The notes beneath the pieces were generated by a model. It did no database searches. It was not told the DNA's origin and was given only the letters and a program-made list of their open reading frames with translations. Shown piece by piece: positions 13,238 to 27,094 of a DNA stretch of 64,000 nucleotides (positions are counted from its first letter, which is position 1; every line of letters starts with the position of its first letter). Source of the DNA: Podarcis filfolensis (taxonomy: Eukaryota); the NCBI GenBank assembly GCA_964270895.1, contig OZ185436.1. One strand, 5' to 3'. The translations under genes and the position numbers were made by a program.

Positions 13238-15399
13238 TACAAAATTCATTTGGGACAAGCGGTTACTATACCAGCCACTGCATGTGTCATTGCTGCAAGT
13301 GTGCTTCTTGGCACTGTGCTTGAATCCATTGTGGAAGGTTGATGTAGAAGTCCTTCAGCATAAAGGGCCTGCGACACACTGCCTTCTGAAACATTATGGA
13401 ACACCACTATCTGTTAGAAACAGAGCTGAAGTCTCTCAGCCCCACTCACCTCACAGAGTGTTTGTTGTGGGGGAGGAAGGGAAAGGAGAATGTTAGCCGC
13501 TTTGAGACTCCTTCGGGTAGTGATAAAGCAGGATATCAAATCCAAACTCTTCTTCTTCTTCTTCTTCTTATGAGCACTTCTGCAAGAATTCAGCCCAAGA
13601 TGTATATTGTGAGGTAATAAATTATGGGGAGTCAGAGAAACCAGCTTAAAAAGTTTTTAAAACAGAAATGTGTTAAAACAACAACAAACTCCTTATAAAG
13701 CCTGGTGAAAGTCTTTCTGAGTACATGAAACATAAAAGAGACCGTTTCTTGTTGAATTCTAGTGCCTGGTGTCCAGCTACTTTCATAGACAGGTTTATTG
13801 TACTCAAACATTAAAGTATTTTTGTTAATGTCCTAATACATTAATTCTTTTACTATGCCAATAGTTGGTGAAATAGTTGATGAAATAAACCAAATATGTT
13901 TTGACCCAACAATTTTAGCTTAAAATGGGATCAGTCTATTGACTCATGGAAAGCTGGAATCAAAATGCTGGGTTTGTTTGTTTGTTTGTTTATCTTTAAA
14001 CCCTTAATACTAATAAAGAGTCACTGTATGGTTTTCCCCTCTTGATCAAGATGTTACTCCTTATGAGGGCTTTTGGGGGGGCCAGACATGGCTTTGTAAT
14101 TGTGTTGATTGTACTTTTAAACTAGTCTTGTATTAATAGCTTTGTTTTAAGTTGATTTCTTAACTACCTTGGATTCCCCCCCCCCCTTTTAAAGCAGAAT
14201 GTAAGTTTTAAATAAAAAATAATGAGTATCCGCAAAGACACTTGCTATAGTGTTATCCACTATCCTATATTTTTATATTCTTCTTTTCTTTACATATGAT
14301 ACTTTGTCTTTCTTCAATTTCATTTTAATAAGATCAAGCAGCTACTGAGAAAAGAACTTTTGTTCTGAAGAGTCTGATACTTAAGGTAAATGTTATTGAC
14401 ATCACCAGGGGAAAATCCAAGTCAGACAATTCATTACTGGAGGAAGTCTTAAATTATAACGTGTGAACAGAGAAAAGCCTCATTGCGAAGGAATATGTGG
14501 CTTTGTGGCCTCTTTTGAGTTCTGTGAATCCATATTTAAACCTTAGAGATACATGAACTGCTAAGCCAAATTGCCACCCTTTGAGAGTCACTTAATACAT
14601 GTGTGTATGTCATTTATTCATAAATCTCTTGATTATTCCACACTTGATGGCTCACAGCCAGAACCCTTTTCAAATGTTTTATAGTGTGTTAAATGAAATT
14701 GAATCAGAGGGGCAACTCTTTGGTGAAAGTCCCCACCCCAAATCCGTGTGGATCCAGTGTAAGATCTGAACATATTCTCATCTGTACAGTTTCCTTGGGC
14801 ACCTGAGTGTGGAAAGACAGGGTGTACACTAACTTTGTTGTTGTTAAAAACTGCAAATGCAAATACCTCTCACTGTGTGTTCAACAAGGCTGCTTTTCCA
14901 GGGTTCCCAACCATGCAGAGAGAGTTCTCCGAGCACAACATTATATAATCAGGACCATTTTTAGACATTACAAATATTGTGATGATACACATCCCACCAT
15001 GTGCATTAATTACACCTCAAAAGGGCTCAAATATCTGAACAGACTTTACTGAAAAGCATTAATAAGAATAATTAACTAAAATGATCATTGTGCTGTTTTT
15101 AAATCAGCCCCTGAGTGATGTGGAATATTGTTTTGAAGGTATTTTTTAAAAGGACAGTTATTTGAGTTTGGGAACTTTGATGGAGATTTGTCAGCAGAAT
15201 ATAGGTGACGGTGCTTGGGATATAATGCATGGTGAGAAGTTTGTCAGTTACATACTTTATGCGCTTACAATGACCTCTGTTCTTGTTGTTTGTACTGCTA
15301 AGGTTGTGCAGCAAAGTTGTGTCCACATAGGGTGTCTGAGTTTTGTGAGTTTTTGATGATTAGTTTGTGTTTTTGTGACATATCAATGGGTTTATTAAT

Positions 15400-16098
15400 A
15401 GGTGATGCCTGTATCACTAGATTCACTTTAAAGCAAAAACTAGCCTAACACACAGCCACTATGCCATCCAAAAACCTCCGCTGAAGTCAAGAAATCCCAT
15501 CCTTGGGATGTGAGCTATTAAAATCCACTGCAGGAACCATGCAGCCGAGCCCTTCCTCTTGAATTCCTGGTAGCAACAGGCTCTGTATGCTGGAAAGAGT
15601 TAAGCAGGAGTCTGTTGGTATTTCAGAGCTGCTCCGAACCCCTGCAGTCAGAGGGAGGGAAGCTCTTGATTGGCCAAGTTCCTGTTGGTAGTAATAGCGG
15701 ATCAGATATCAAACTTCTGTCTTTCCTAAAGACCCTTTAGGGATAGTCTGCTCCCCGCTAGACTATGACATCAGTCAGGACACCCGGTGATGTTGCTGAT
15801 AGTAAACTCTGAGAAAGGAGGGGAGGGTGGGATAGAAAGGAGGGGTCTGCTAGCTAAAAGTTAATTAGCCCAACACAGTGCAAGGGCATACAGTAGGCTT
15901 TCGCGGAGGGTCAGTGCTGGATGGGACCAAACCTTTCCTGAGTTACACTTCTGCTGCTTTCTGCAATCACCTAGACTCCAAGGGAGGGCTAGATGAATTG
16001 TGATTCATTGGTCGTGATCAGCTTCTCTTCTTGGAGCCAGTTAATGGTTTGAGCGTTGAGGGGCTTTCTGGCACTGGGAATTATCACAAGGCATCACC
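15400..16098 (+). promoter_or_regulatory. MYOCD promoter / 5'UTR region (TSS not determinable)
   Basis: Directly upstream of the ATG; ATTGG 15669-15673, TGACATCA 15766-15773, GA-rich tract about 15810-15845; not a clear CpG island. Confidence 0.55.
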
Positions 16099-16153
16099 AT
16101 GACACTTCTGGGGTCTGAGCATTCTATGCTGATTCGGAGCAAATTCAGATCAG
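16099..16153 (+). CDS. MYOCD: MYOCD exon 1 coding part (55 nt, MTLLGSEHSMLIRSKFRS)
   Basis: ATG in the context CACCATGA; donor CAG|GTAGGG; matches the myocardin N-terminal MEF2-binding peptide. Confidence 0.97.
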
Positions 16154-19100
16154 GTAGGGCTAACACGGCAAGAATTTCTCCTAAAACTTTTCTCTACTAC
16201 AAGCCTCAGCTGGAGGCTGTTTCTTATTAAGCGGCATGCAAGTAAAATAACCAGGGAGTCGTAAAGCTGTCATGGGCTCGCTCTCACAGAGGCTACTCTG
16301 CAAATGAAGAAATGCGTTTTCCTTTCTGTCTGCTCCCTCTCTTTCTGCTCTTTCACTACTTACAATTTATGTCTGTGGCGTAGCTTACTAAAAAACAAAC
16401 AAACCCAAACGCTCTACAATTCTGAGTTCTCCACATATTTGAATGAGAACTGGACCAGAAATCCATAAGGGCTGTTATGACAAGCAGTAGATCTCCTCCC
16501 ATCCATACAAGTCAGATGCTGTCCTGTATATCCTAGCCTTGATGCTTTACTCCAGCATCCAGGCAGCCAGCCTTAGGGTTCTGTGACTAATTGGACAAAC
16601 ATGAATTTGCAGAAAGGCATTGATTTTTTTTTTAGAAGTACAAAAAACAAATGGAACATGCAAAGTATTTAAAATGACATCACCAGAGAAATATAGGTAG
16701 AGCCAAACGACTGATTGCCATTTTCTAAAGCTTTGCAACAAAAAAACATGTACCAGATCTCCAGAGTGTGTTGAAGCCCCATTAGGGGCGTCTTCTTTGA
16801 GGACATCCAACGTGAATAAAGGTGAGTAATGGCAAATAAAGGCAGGAGACAGTCACATAGAAATCAGTCCTATTGTAGGGTTAGGGTCACAGCAACTTTA
16901 GATAAATTCAGCATTGTATAGTGTGTGTTCTTGTGTGCATGTTTGTATTTATATGTTATTCTTATTGGGTTTGGCTATACCAATTATTATTTTAAATAGC
17001 ACTCTTTTCTTGTCATCCGAGTTGTTGCCGCGTGCATCCAGTGAATGTACTGCATAATCACGTTCTCCTGTATGTTTCACCCATTCCAGAATGTCACCCA
17101 CTCAGCTTGGGGAAGGGTGGCGGTTTTTGATCTCTAGTACACCAGAGATAACCAGAAGATCAGAAACTTATCGTACTGTTGCTAATCCACTTGGGTTTTA
17201 TGAAGACGTTTGAGGCAGCTGGGTGGTCATTTGCAGTGTTTGCTTAGAAAATATAAAATTGGCAGCTAGTTGAAAACTCCAGAGTTGTATGTACAAATGA
17301 GGAGGCTCTGGCTGGCTGGGGTTCTACACAGTTTGGGTCCAGTACTTTGCTGTGGTTTTTCTATCACTGTAATCACATTTCATGAGAATAAGTCATTCCT
17401 CAGAATCCATTGGTGTATTATGGTAATGGTACAGTGCCATTCACTGGAAAGAAGAGGGCTTGCTCTCTAACCCAGTAATCCCAAAGCAATACTGCCACCT
17501 TCCTGAAGCGAGGAGGACACAAGGGGGATGGTTTTCCAGGCCATTGCATTCTTTTACAGTGAGCCAGTATTGTTTTTAAGACTCATTTTGGTGTTATTTT
17601 TAAAGACGGGGTGTTGGGGGTTGAGAGATTACAGAGCTGATGGTAGGATCGCATATTTTTCAAATGATTCTAGGCTAAAAGTAAACTTTATGACTCTTTG
17701 AGTCCCATAAATTTTGTTTCTTTTAGAGTTTCTAACAGAGTCGCTTTGTGGGGGCACTCTTCCAATCTCTTTCCCACATTTTAATTACCACCTCTTTGTC
17801 TTGGGGTGAAGACATACAGGGTGCTGTTGTGACTGTTACCCATCTTATTTTGGTGCTACTTTTATGAAAAAAACATTTTCTTGTAAGTAGAAACCTGTCC
17901 AAATTGATCCTTACAGTTAGCATTTTAGAATATTAGTATAGCACTAAAAACGGGGCCACAGCAGCAGCAGGAAATGGTTAGAATCCCAAGGATATTCCCA
18001 TAGACTCCAAAGCTACAGGGCAGATGTGTTTGAGGGTCAATATTGAGTGTGATAAAAAGTACAGTGTTCATTTAAATAAAGAGTTTAAACATAAGAGCAT
18101 CTTTGCTCTGGTGTCTCTTTCATATTACTATGCATGATCACATGGTGACCAAACACTAACTTTGATGTTTAAAGAGGATAGACCTTAGCTGCGGTATGGA
18201 AATAGAGCACAGGTCCTTCACGTCGATTTGTACTTCATCCCAATTTTTCCAAAATGGAATTGTAGCACTACATAAGCAGAATGCTTGTTGCGTATAGTAC
18301 TTTGCATAACAAATATAGTCAGTATATGAATTTCTTACCACTGCGTTTGATGGGGATTACTCCCCATAAAGTGTACGTAGGAGAGCAGCCTTTGTTTGAG
18401 GTACAGGTGGGAAGTTGTCACTAGCGTTAACCATTGTAGGTGACAAAAATTATGGTTTCTGTATGTACGGTTACATAAAATGTATGATACAGTATCATAG
18501 ACCTACTATCATGGACTATTTCTACTACCAGTATAAATGATATATAAACGTCCTACATGGGAATATCGGCAATGAATGTATACAGACTGAAATAAGCCAT
18601 TAGCCGTGGTTCTTTCATCAGTTCAGGCATGTACATTGCAATCCTACCTCCGGTGACCTATTTAGAGCACGTACTTAGGACCTCCTTTGAATTATAGTTT
18701 GAAGACCTGCGAACATTACCATGATCTTCATCCAAGGACATAACCATTTTCTTATAAGCTTTGGTAATCTTTCAGCTCAAACTACTGTATTGCGCTATGT
18801 AGGAGTCTGCCTTAGGATTTCTGTTGCTTTAAAATGTAGCAGCTCACCTAGTCTGGGGCTGATCGCAAAGCTGGCATGGCACTAATTCTAGGTGAGCTCT
18901 GCATGTTACCTAGCCAAAATGTTTCCTGGCCAAATTCAAAGTGTTGATTGTGACATTTAGAAACCTACATGGTCCTGGCATTTTTAAGGGAATGTTTCCC
19001 CCCATATTTACCTTTCCCTGGAATTAGGCTAAAGTGGAAAAATGCTGCTTCAGTTGCCACCAGCTTCTGGGGTAAGGTTGTCCCCTACCAAGCATAAGGC

Positions 19101-22100
19101 TTTATCTAGCCTCGTTCACATATCACAGTGAGCTGAACTATAGCTTACTAGGATCACAGAAACACATAGGCACTAGCAGAGGAGCTCACTTGCACTTTTC
19201 TCCTCCCCAATATTTTTTTTACTCCCATAACACACTGAAATAAGCCAGGGTTTGGCTTAGCATGTTACCCGAATTCAGGCCCTTGGTTACGCTCTCTCCT
19301 TGCTAACCAGATGTTGCAGCCAAGGTTTGCTCTTGTGCTTTCAAAATGATGGCTGTATAGTTTTAATGAATGTTGCAAGCTGTTTTGCATGCCTGTGACT
19401 GAAAAAGTGTGTTGTTCTAACAGTATGTAAATAAAACGAAGTATAAAGGTAAAGGGACCCCTGACCATTAGGTCCAGTCGTGGCCGACTCTGGGGTTGCA
19501 GCGCTCATCTCACTTTATTGGCCGAGGGAGCCGGCGTACAGCTTCCAGGTCATGTGGCCAGCACGACTAAGCCACTTCTGGCGAACCAGAGCAGCGCACG
19601 GAAACGCCGTTTACCTTCCCGCCGGAGCGGTACCTATTTATCTACTTGCACTTTGATGTGCTTTTGAACTGCTAGGTTGGCAGGATCAGGGACCGAGCAT
19701 CGGGAGCTCACCCCGTCGCAGGGATTTGAACTGCCGACCTTCTGATCGGCAAGTCCTAGGCTATGTGGTTTAACCCACAGTGCCATAGTTTTTCATATAA
19801 TCACAGGTTGCATACATACCATACATTTAAAGCACCTCCACCCCCCAAAAAATAGAATCCTGGGAACTGTTGATTATGCCTAACAGAAATTCCCAGCACT
19901 CTTAACTATAGTTACCTTTGGGAGGAAATGTGCTTTACAGAGTTGGAAGGTTCTCAAAGGTAAACTAGTCCAACCCTATCACTAATCATTCCCACTAGAT
20001 GGTCATCCAGCCTGCTCTTTTGCATAGCGTTCTGCCAAGGGGGAAAAAAAGATAAGACTTGTTTACATTGAAAACTTGCGCCTTCCAGTGAAACTTATGG
20101 TAAAACAAGCCACTGCTCTGAGTGGAGTATAAATCTAATATGTCAAAAATCTTCAGCGATGTTGCAGGCATGTTCTCCCCTCCCACTTCCTTCTGAGTTA
20201 AGAGACTAGGATTTGTGTGTATGTTTATTTTGTCTATTTTACCAAAGATAAATACACAAACCTGAGGTCATCCTGACAAATTCCACAGAAACAATGATTC
20301 TTCTTGCCTGCCTTCCTGCCAGTTTCCAAATATCAATGGAATTGCCTTAAATCAAATAGGACAAAGCATGAGGGGTTGGCCCAAGAATTCTCTTGCTAAG
20401 TGTTTAACTCTTCCCAGGAAACACTATCCATGGCATTGTTTCTCCAAGAAATACAAATCCATATGTTATTGTAGTGCTGTAAATGGAAGTCAGTAAACTC
20501 CTTTAGAGGTCATCTCTCACTTGCTTGGCCATCAGTGAGGGGGGACAGGTTGGGTAAGTTGCCACATTCTGATTGGCTGCATAAGGAAATGTCACTTTCC
20601 AGGCCCATTGCCTCAGCCTTACTGGGTAACTTCAGAGATGGGGCTCCAGAGTCTAACATAAAATAGCTGGAGAATCTTAAAAGTTCTACTGAAAAATGAT
20701 TGTTTGTTGGAAGTGATACTTGATGGTTTGTAGATAACAGAGATCTCTGACTTCCAGTGGAGCAGTAATGGGAAAAGAGGGTGAGTGTGCTTTGGGCCAC
20801 TGGTATATCAATAACTTAGTGTTGATGGCTCAAGAGCATCAAGATACAGTGGTACCTCGGGTTAAGTACTTAATTCATTCTGCAGGTCCATTCTTAACCT
20901 GAAACTGTTCTTAACCTGAAGCACCACTTTAGGTAATGGGGCCTCCTGCTGCTACGCTGCCGGAGCCTGATTTCTGTTCTTATCCTGAAGCAAAGTTCTT
21001 AACCTGAAGCGCTATTTCTGGGTTAGTGGAGTGTATAACCTGAAGCGTATGTAACCTGAAGCGTATGTAACCTGAAGTGTATGTAACCCGAGGTACCACT
21101 GTACTGAAATGTTGAAATGAAATGAGCCTGGGTGTTACTGGTGTCTTATGCTATGAAACCCATTTTGCACAATGCAAACTAGAAGTCCAGGGCTGGCTGA
21201 GGGTGTTTTGTGCCCTAGAACGTGTAATTTCAAAAAATACGAGGTGCAATTTGGTTTCATATGGAGAGCTGCTCTGCTCAAAGCAGCACAAGAATGCATA
21301 TTTACTGCTTCTGCCTGGTTTGAGTGACCCCTAAATTGCAAAATCCCAGGTGTCTACCTGTATGATAGAGTTGCTCTCTCATGCTCATCTTTAAGTGCAA
21401 CAGATGTGTAAATTGTTAAAAGATACCGGTACATCTGTACTCCGTCTCCTTTAGCCCGAGTATCTATAAGAGGCAGTGGGGAGAGACGTAGGAACTGGAG
21501 GTGCTGATTTCATAGTCTAGCAATTCAGATTTGGGTTAAATGTTAAAGCAAGTGTCTTCTTAAACGCCTAGGGTTAATGTAGAGTTTTTGTTTTAAAATT
21601 ACGAACCTGGTAGGGGATCTTTTAGCAATAAGACATTGTAGTTGGAGTAAAGATCCCGCTAATGTTACGGAGAGGAATAATCAATTAAATACAGTATTTG
21701 AAGGTTAGAGACATCTGATGAAAAGAATGAGCAACATGTGAAGTTAAGAGTAAATGCTGTTCTTTCAATATCACTTTTGGGGTTCTAAAAATCAGAGTTG
21801 GTGGTTTTATTTTACACTCTGAATTTCAATAATTATATTTTTTTTACCGGAATTCTTACTGTAGATTCCTCCCCCGCCCCGCCCCCCGGCACATTCTGCC
21901 CACTCCTCAAAGTACATTGAGGTCCTCAAGGTAGGCTAAGACTTGTCCGATTTTCTTTTTTATCCCCACTTATCTTGTCCATGATTATGTCAGATGCTCA
22001 AGGAGAAAGACAACCGATTTATAAGGTGCTAAGGGTATTGTAGATAATGTAGAAAAGTAGCAGCCATCCCTACATTGCCAAAACTGTAGTCTAAGAGGAG

Positions 22101-25100
22101 GTGCAGCTATTTTTTGGTGGTGGTGAGATGTTGCATACATTATAGGGAGGAATGAAATAGACATACTGTAAATAAGGCAAATGGAATACTGTTCAGGATT
22201 TACATACAGATTCTTAAAGATTTCTATTACTCACCCCACAAGAACAAACTTACCTCCACCTTCTGACCAATTAAGAAATAACCTCTTGAAGTATTGACAA
22301 TTCATTCTTTCTGTCAACTGCTGATCTAATAATAGAAGAATATATAATTTTGAGTGAATGGACGAGGTGAAATTTTTTTGGCCTGTTTGTTTTATGTACC
22401 TCTGAAGCTTATATCAAAGAATTATTGGTCTGCAAGGCGGTAGATGATTTTCAAACCCAGCCTCTTGCCTCAAAGCAGAAACCTTCATACCTCAAATATA
22501 TACATTACTGTAATGGCTGTTAGAGATCCTGGGTTTGTTCATATTAGATTAACAATATACACAAGCATCTTATCTAGGTTCATCCTTAATTATGAGCTGG
22601 AGTGTCCAAATTAGTCGCACTTCTGTGACCTAGGAGCACTACAAGATCTCTGAGGGATGAAATTAACTGAGCAAAAAGAGTTAATTTGTGCCTTGTTAGC
22701 GAACTCCAAATAGCTGTGGATTAAATGTCAGCTGGGCTTGACCAGCTGTACTGCAGCTTTGTTGCTTAGGAGCAAACTTCAAATGTGAGTGACCCATACA
22801 TTTTACTCCCTACCCAAACACACTGGCAAGTTGCCTTAGCCAACAGATCTGTAGGGTCAGGCTAACTTCTATGAAGAGTTTATGAGTTGATAGCTTAGTG
22901 ATGCCAGTGTAGCCTGTATTTTTTTCATACTAGAAGCAATGAAACAATGATTGCATGTCCTGCCTACTATTTCTGTAACAGCCAGTTTATGTTTGTGAAA
23001 TAAGCACAGGCCTTGTTTTAAAAACCCATCAGGAAAAAGAAGCCAGATCTATAAAGTATTTTCCAGTGGGCATCTTCACAACATGTCCATTCAGTAGTAA
23101 TTGCCAGTGGGTCATTTGTGGATATAAACAAGGATTCCATCTTATTGCTGAAGTGTTATCCGCAGTAAGTTTCTACGAAACATCCCTATATGCACTTTAT
23201 TTAAAAAACAATCAATCGTCTATCATATCGTTGCACTTACCTCTTTACCAAATACATACAATATGGAAAAGGCTTTATTCTGGACCTGTGCTTAAATGTT
23301 TTTGGTGTTAATTTTCATTGTATCGAAGTACTTACTAGTTCTGTTACTAGTTCTGTTGGCTGATAGCACACCTGCTAGTTGAGAGCAGATGAAAGAAATC
23401 AGTTCAGTGTCATCCAGTGATTGCTATTTATCCCTCTTTGTCCATTCTTCTTCAGTTGGGTAACTTCTGTATTTTTTTATTGTGGGCCACATTGCCTCAG
23501 GAACATTTTCCAAGGGGCTGCATACCAGCAGTGGGTGGGGCTGGAGTCAGCACTGGGCAGGGTCAGAGCCAAAAACTGATCCCCCTTTCTCTCTTTTTGC
23601 CACCCCACTTGCTCTCTTGGTTTCTCCTCTTTTTGATGCCCACCTGTGACTTTTGCTGTTCTTTAGAACACAAACACTGCAAGCAAAATCCCAATCATGA
23701 AATTAGGCATTAAATATCAGCTTTTCTTTCTTTAAAAAAAAAAATCATTACTACCTGTAGGGTTGCCATATTTTGAAGAGCAAAAAAAGAGGACACATTT
23801 GCAGACTTCTACTTTTAACTATGGATTGCTATGATGACTCTACCCATGAAAAAGAGGGTGTGTCCTGGAAAAAAGGACATATGGCAAGCCTAACATTGGA
23901 GCAACTCCTCCGTAAAAAGAAATGCTTTACAACAGGGTCAGCAAACTCTTTCAGCAGGGGACTGGTCCACTGTCCCTCAGACCTTGTGGGGGGCTGGACT
24001 ATATTTTTTGGGGGCGGGAATGAACGAATTCCTATGCCCCACAAATAACCTAGAGATGCATTTTAGATAAAAGCACACATTCTGCTCGTGTAAAAACATC
24101 AGGCAGGCCCCACAAATGACCCAGAGATGCATTTTAAATAAAAGGACACATTCTACTCATGTAAAAACACGCTGATTCCCGGACCGTCCACAGGCTGGAT
24201 TTAGAAGGCGATTGGGCCGGATCTGGCTCCCAGACCTTAGTTTGCCTACCCATTCTTTACAACTTTGCATTTCTGGCATTTTAAACACCTGGGATTCCAA
24301 TACTCTGGTGTGTCTTCTTGGGAAGCAAATTCCGTTGAAATTCCTGGGGCCTATTATTTCCAGGGAAATGTGTTTAAGGTGCAGATCTGACATTCTTAAC
24401 CACTGAAATTAAAGGATGTAATTGGATTATGTGGTGGCAGCCATTCATCCAAGCCTGCCTTCCAGACTGTGGATACTGGGCTTTGCAGCGAAAGGGGAGT
24501 ATTTTGATGCATTTGCAGTTATGTTTTAGTGGCGTCAAAGCTTTGCATCTGGTTCCTGAGACCACATGAAACAGGCCATGCTTTCCGAAAAGCCCAGACC
24601 TTTGGGAGCTGCCTCCCCCGCCTCTCTATCTCTTTCCTCACATGTTCTCCGGCCAAAGTGACATCTCTTAAGTGTGCAAGTTCCTTGACTAGCCCTGATT
24701 AAAGCAGCACGCAAACAGATGCTTTAATCCCTCTATAGTGCTAAGTCTGTGCAAGCATAAACAAATCATGAGAGCTTTTCAAGAGGGTGCTGGTGCCCCA
24801 AGGAAGCCATTTGTCTCCAGTGCTCATTTTTTAGAGATTGTTTGTGGAAATTGGAGGGTTTCCCCACCCAGTTCCTCAGAGCTTGTTCTGATGAAAAAGA
24901 CAAGCTTCGTGTTCTTCACAACCCAGTATTGCTGATTTAAAGGCTGAGACCCTCTAACATGTCTGAAAGGTTAAATCTTTGATCCATTAGCTAATTTGTT
25001 AAAGGGCTGAATGATGTCTTTTAAATTATCTGATAAGTCACTGGTACAGGACCTAATTCCAGCAAAGATGAGCAGTAGGACATTGCCAACACGAATGAAG

Positions 25101-27049
25101 CATCAGATACATCTGAATGGTTATGAAAATCTGACACTATTATAGATTTCTTTTAAAATACATTTTACATTGANNNNNNNNNNNNNNNNNNNNNNNNNNN
25201 NNNNNNNNNNNNNNNNNNNNNNNNNNNNNNNNNNNNNNNNNNNNNNNNNNNNNNNNNNNNNNNNNNNNNNNNNNNNNNNNNNNNNNNNNNNNNNNNNNNN
25301 NAGAGAATATGTATTTTTGCACATATGTATAGCATTCCATTCTTTATATATATATTTCAATGAAAATTTAAAAGGGCAGATTTATATATTAAATTAAGGG
25401 TTTGTTTATATATTAAGCTCACTGTGTGGCGGCAAGTTTAATCACTCATTGTGGAAATTATGTGGTTAGCCATTAATGTGCAGTGGCTCTTTCCTTAAGT
25501 TGAGATGGGTTTTGGGTTGGGGGGGTTGTTGTTGCTGATTAAAAGTTCAGTTTTATAGAGATGAAGGGCATTTCCAGATGGGATGTTAATATGCAGAAAA
25601 AATGGTTATTATTCCACACTTTCTAGTGCAATTATGCCATTAGTTTTATAACCACTAAAAGTCTGATAAGGAGAAAGTGATAAGAAAAGTGGTGGGAAAT
25701 TGCACTGGGAAGTGTTGCATAACAGTCACTGGGGGTATTGGTTTACCTGCACATGAATGAATGCCAAGCAGGCAATGTCATATAACTGCCACATATGTTT
25801 TGTACACACATATGCATGCTAAATAAACAACCACTCTGGAAGCTCCCAATGTAAGATTTGGTAACGACACGGTGAAAACCATCCTGTTGCCGTGCAATGT
25901 TTACTATGCATGTTTACTCAAAGTTCCACCATAATGAATTATTCTCTAGGAATTATGACTAAGGTTGCAGCTTTGGAATAGTCTAAATGTACAATATGTG
26001 GAGCAATTTGGATTGGCCTCCTGTAGTGACTGTGATGAATAAATTGACCCTCACCTGCTAAATGCCTCATATATCTACAAAGCAGACAAAAGTTTCTTTA
26101 GTTTCCATCTTCCCTCATCATATTTTTTTTTTTAATCAAATGTTCAGAATACTGTTAGGTTTGATTTGAAATTTGCAGACATTGTGGTTTTTTTATTTGC
26201 ACCCCTGATAGAGATAAGTCAGTTCTAGAGACACAAGGCAAGCTGAGGTGAGAGTGTTTGTTCTCCAGGGCAAGCTAATGATCTGCCAAACACAAGTGGC
26301 TCTCCATCATGCAATGAGATGCAAAGAGGGGAAGGGCATTCACTGCCCCTACGGCTAGCCTGGCTCCTAGGAACTGAGGCAGTAACAGGGGGAGCAGGCT
26401 GGACTTCATATATGTCAGAGGTGTCAAGATTAAGTTGGATTATTTATAGCTGCAGGCCGACCTGTTATGTACATTAGGCCATAGTTTCCTAGACAGCTTT
26501 TCATTTTGAGCCACATCCACTCATCACTTTCATTAAAACGGGCCAAGTCTCAAGAGCATTGATTTCATCCCTACACAAGATGGTCTGGTGGTTTGCTTCT
26601 TTCATTTCAAACTATATTTTTAAGAATTTGAATGAGCTAGAATTTCAGTCCAGTGGATCTCCTTCTGGCTGCGCCTGGCAGAACAAGCAGATCTATTGCA
26701 TATAATACAAATCCTGTCTACCTCTTCATGTAAATGTGATCATAGATAATTCATTTTCTTTAACTCCCTTTCCTTCTTTAAGCTAATGGAGCAGCACATA
26801 TCCGTGTGGACCATGTTTTCCAGATCTGCAGCAATTTTTTTTTGTAACTCTGAGTTGTTTCCTGTGAACTCTAGAATGGAAACTATTGCAAACGGCTCCT
26901 CTTCTTTCAACCCTAAATAACATGTGTAGCAGAGAAGCATTTACTCGAAAGTCTTAATAAGCAGCACAGTTAAAATAGCTTGATAAATTTTTAACTTTTT
27001 GGTAATGTAGTAACATGAGCAACTGCGTCTGCTGCGTTATGAAGTTGTT

Positions 27050-27094
<45 letters not shown>

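Noticed and set aside
96-15356. Many 60-140 aa ORFs upstream of MYOCD (e.g. 1105-1533, 2816-3007, 12510-12782)
   Set aside because: They run through microsatellites or TEs (GRKE, LCYVM and FLSF repeats) and have no splice or homology support
15993-16052. Upstream ORF MNCDSLVVISFSSWSQLMV* ending 46 nt before the ATG
   Set aside because: Only relevant if the TSS lies upstream of 15993, which cannot be determined here; weak start context
15400-16300. CpG island at exon 1
   Set aside because: CpGs are sparse by eye and well below island level
16788-16797. CArG-like CCATTAGG and similar near-matches elsewhere
   Set aside because: Spacing is not CC(W6)GG. I found no perfect CArG by eye, but a computational scan is needed before claiming absence.
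18150-18800. Possible very old L1 fragment on the minus strand (CSATIPFWKNW...)
   Set aside because: Too degraded to support a feature call
25121-25397. ORFs spanning the N run
   Set aside because: Artefacts of translating an assembly gap
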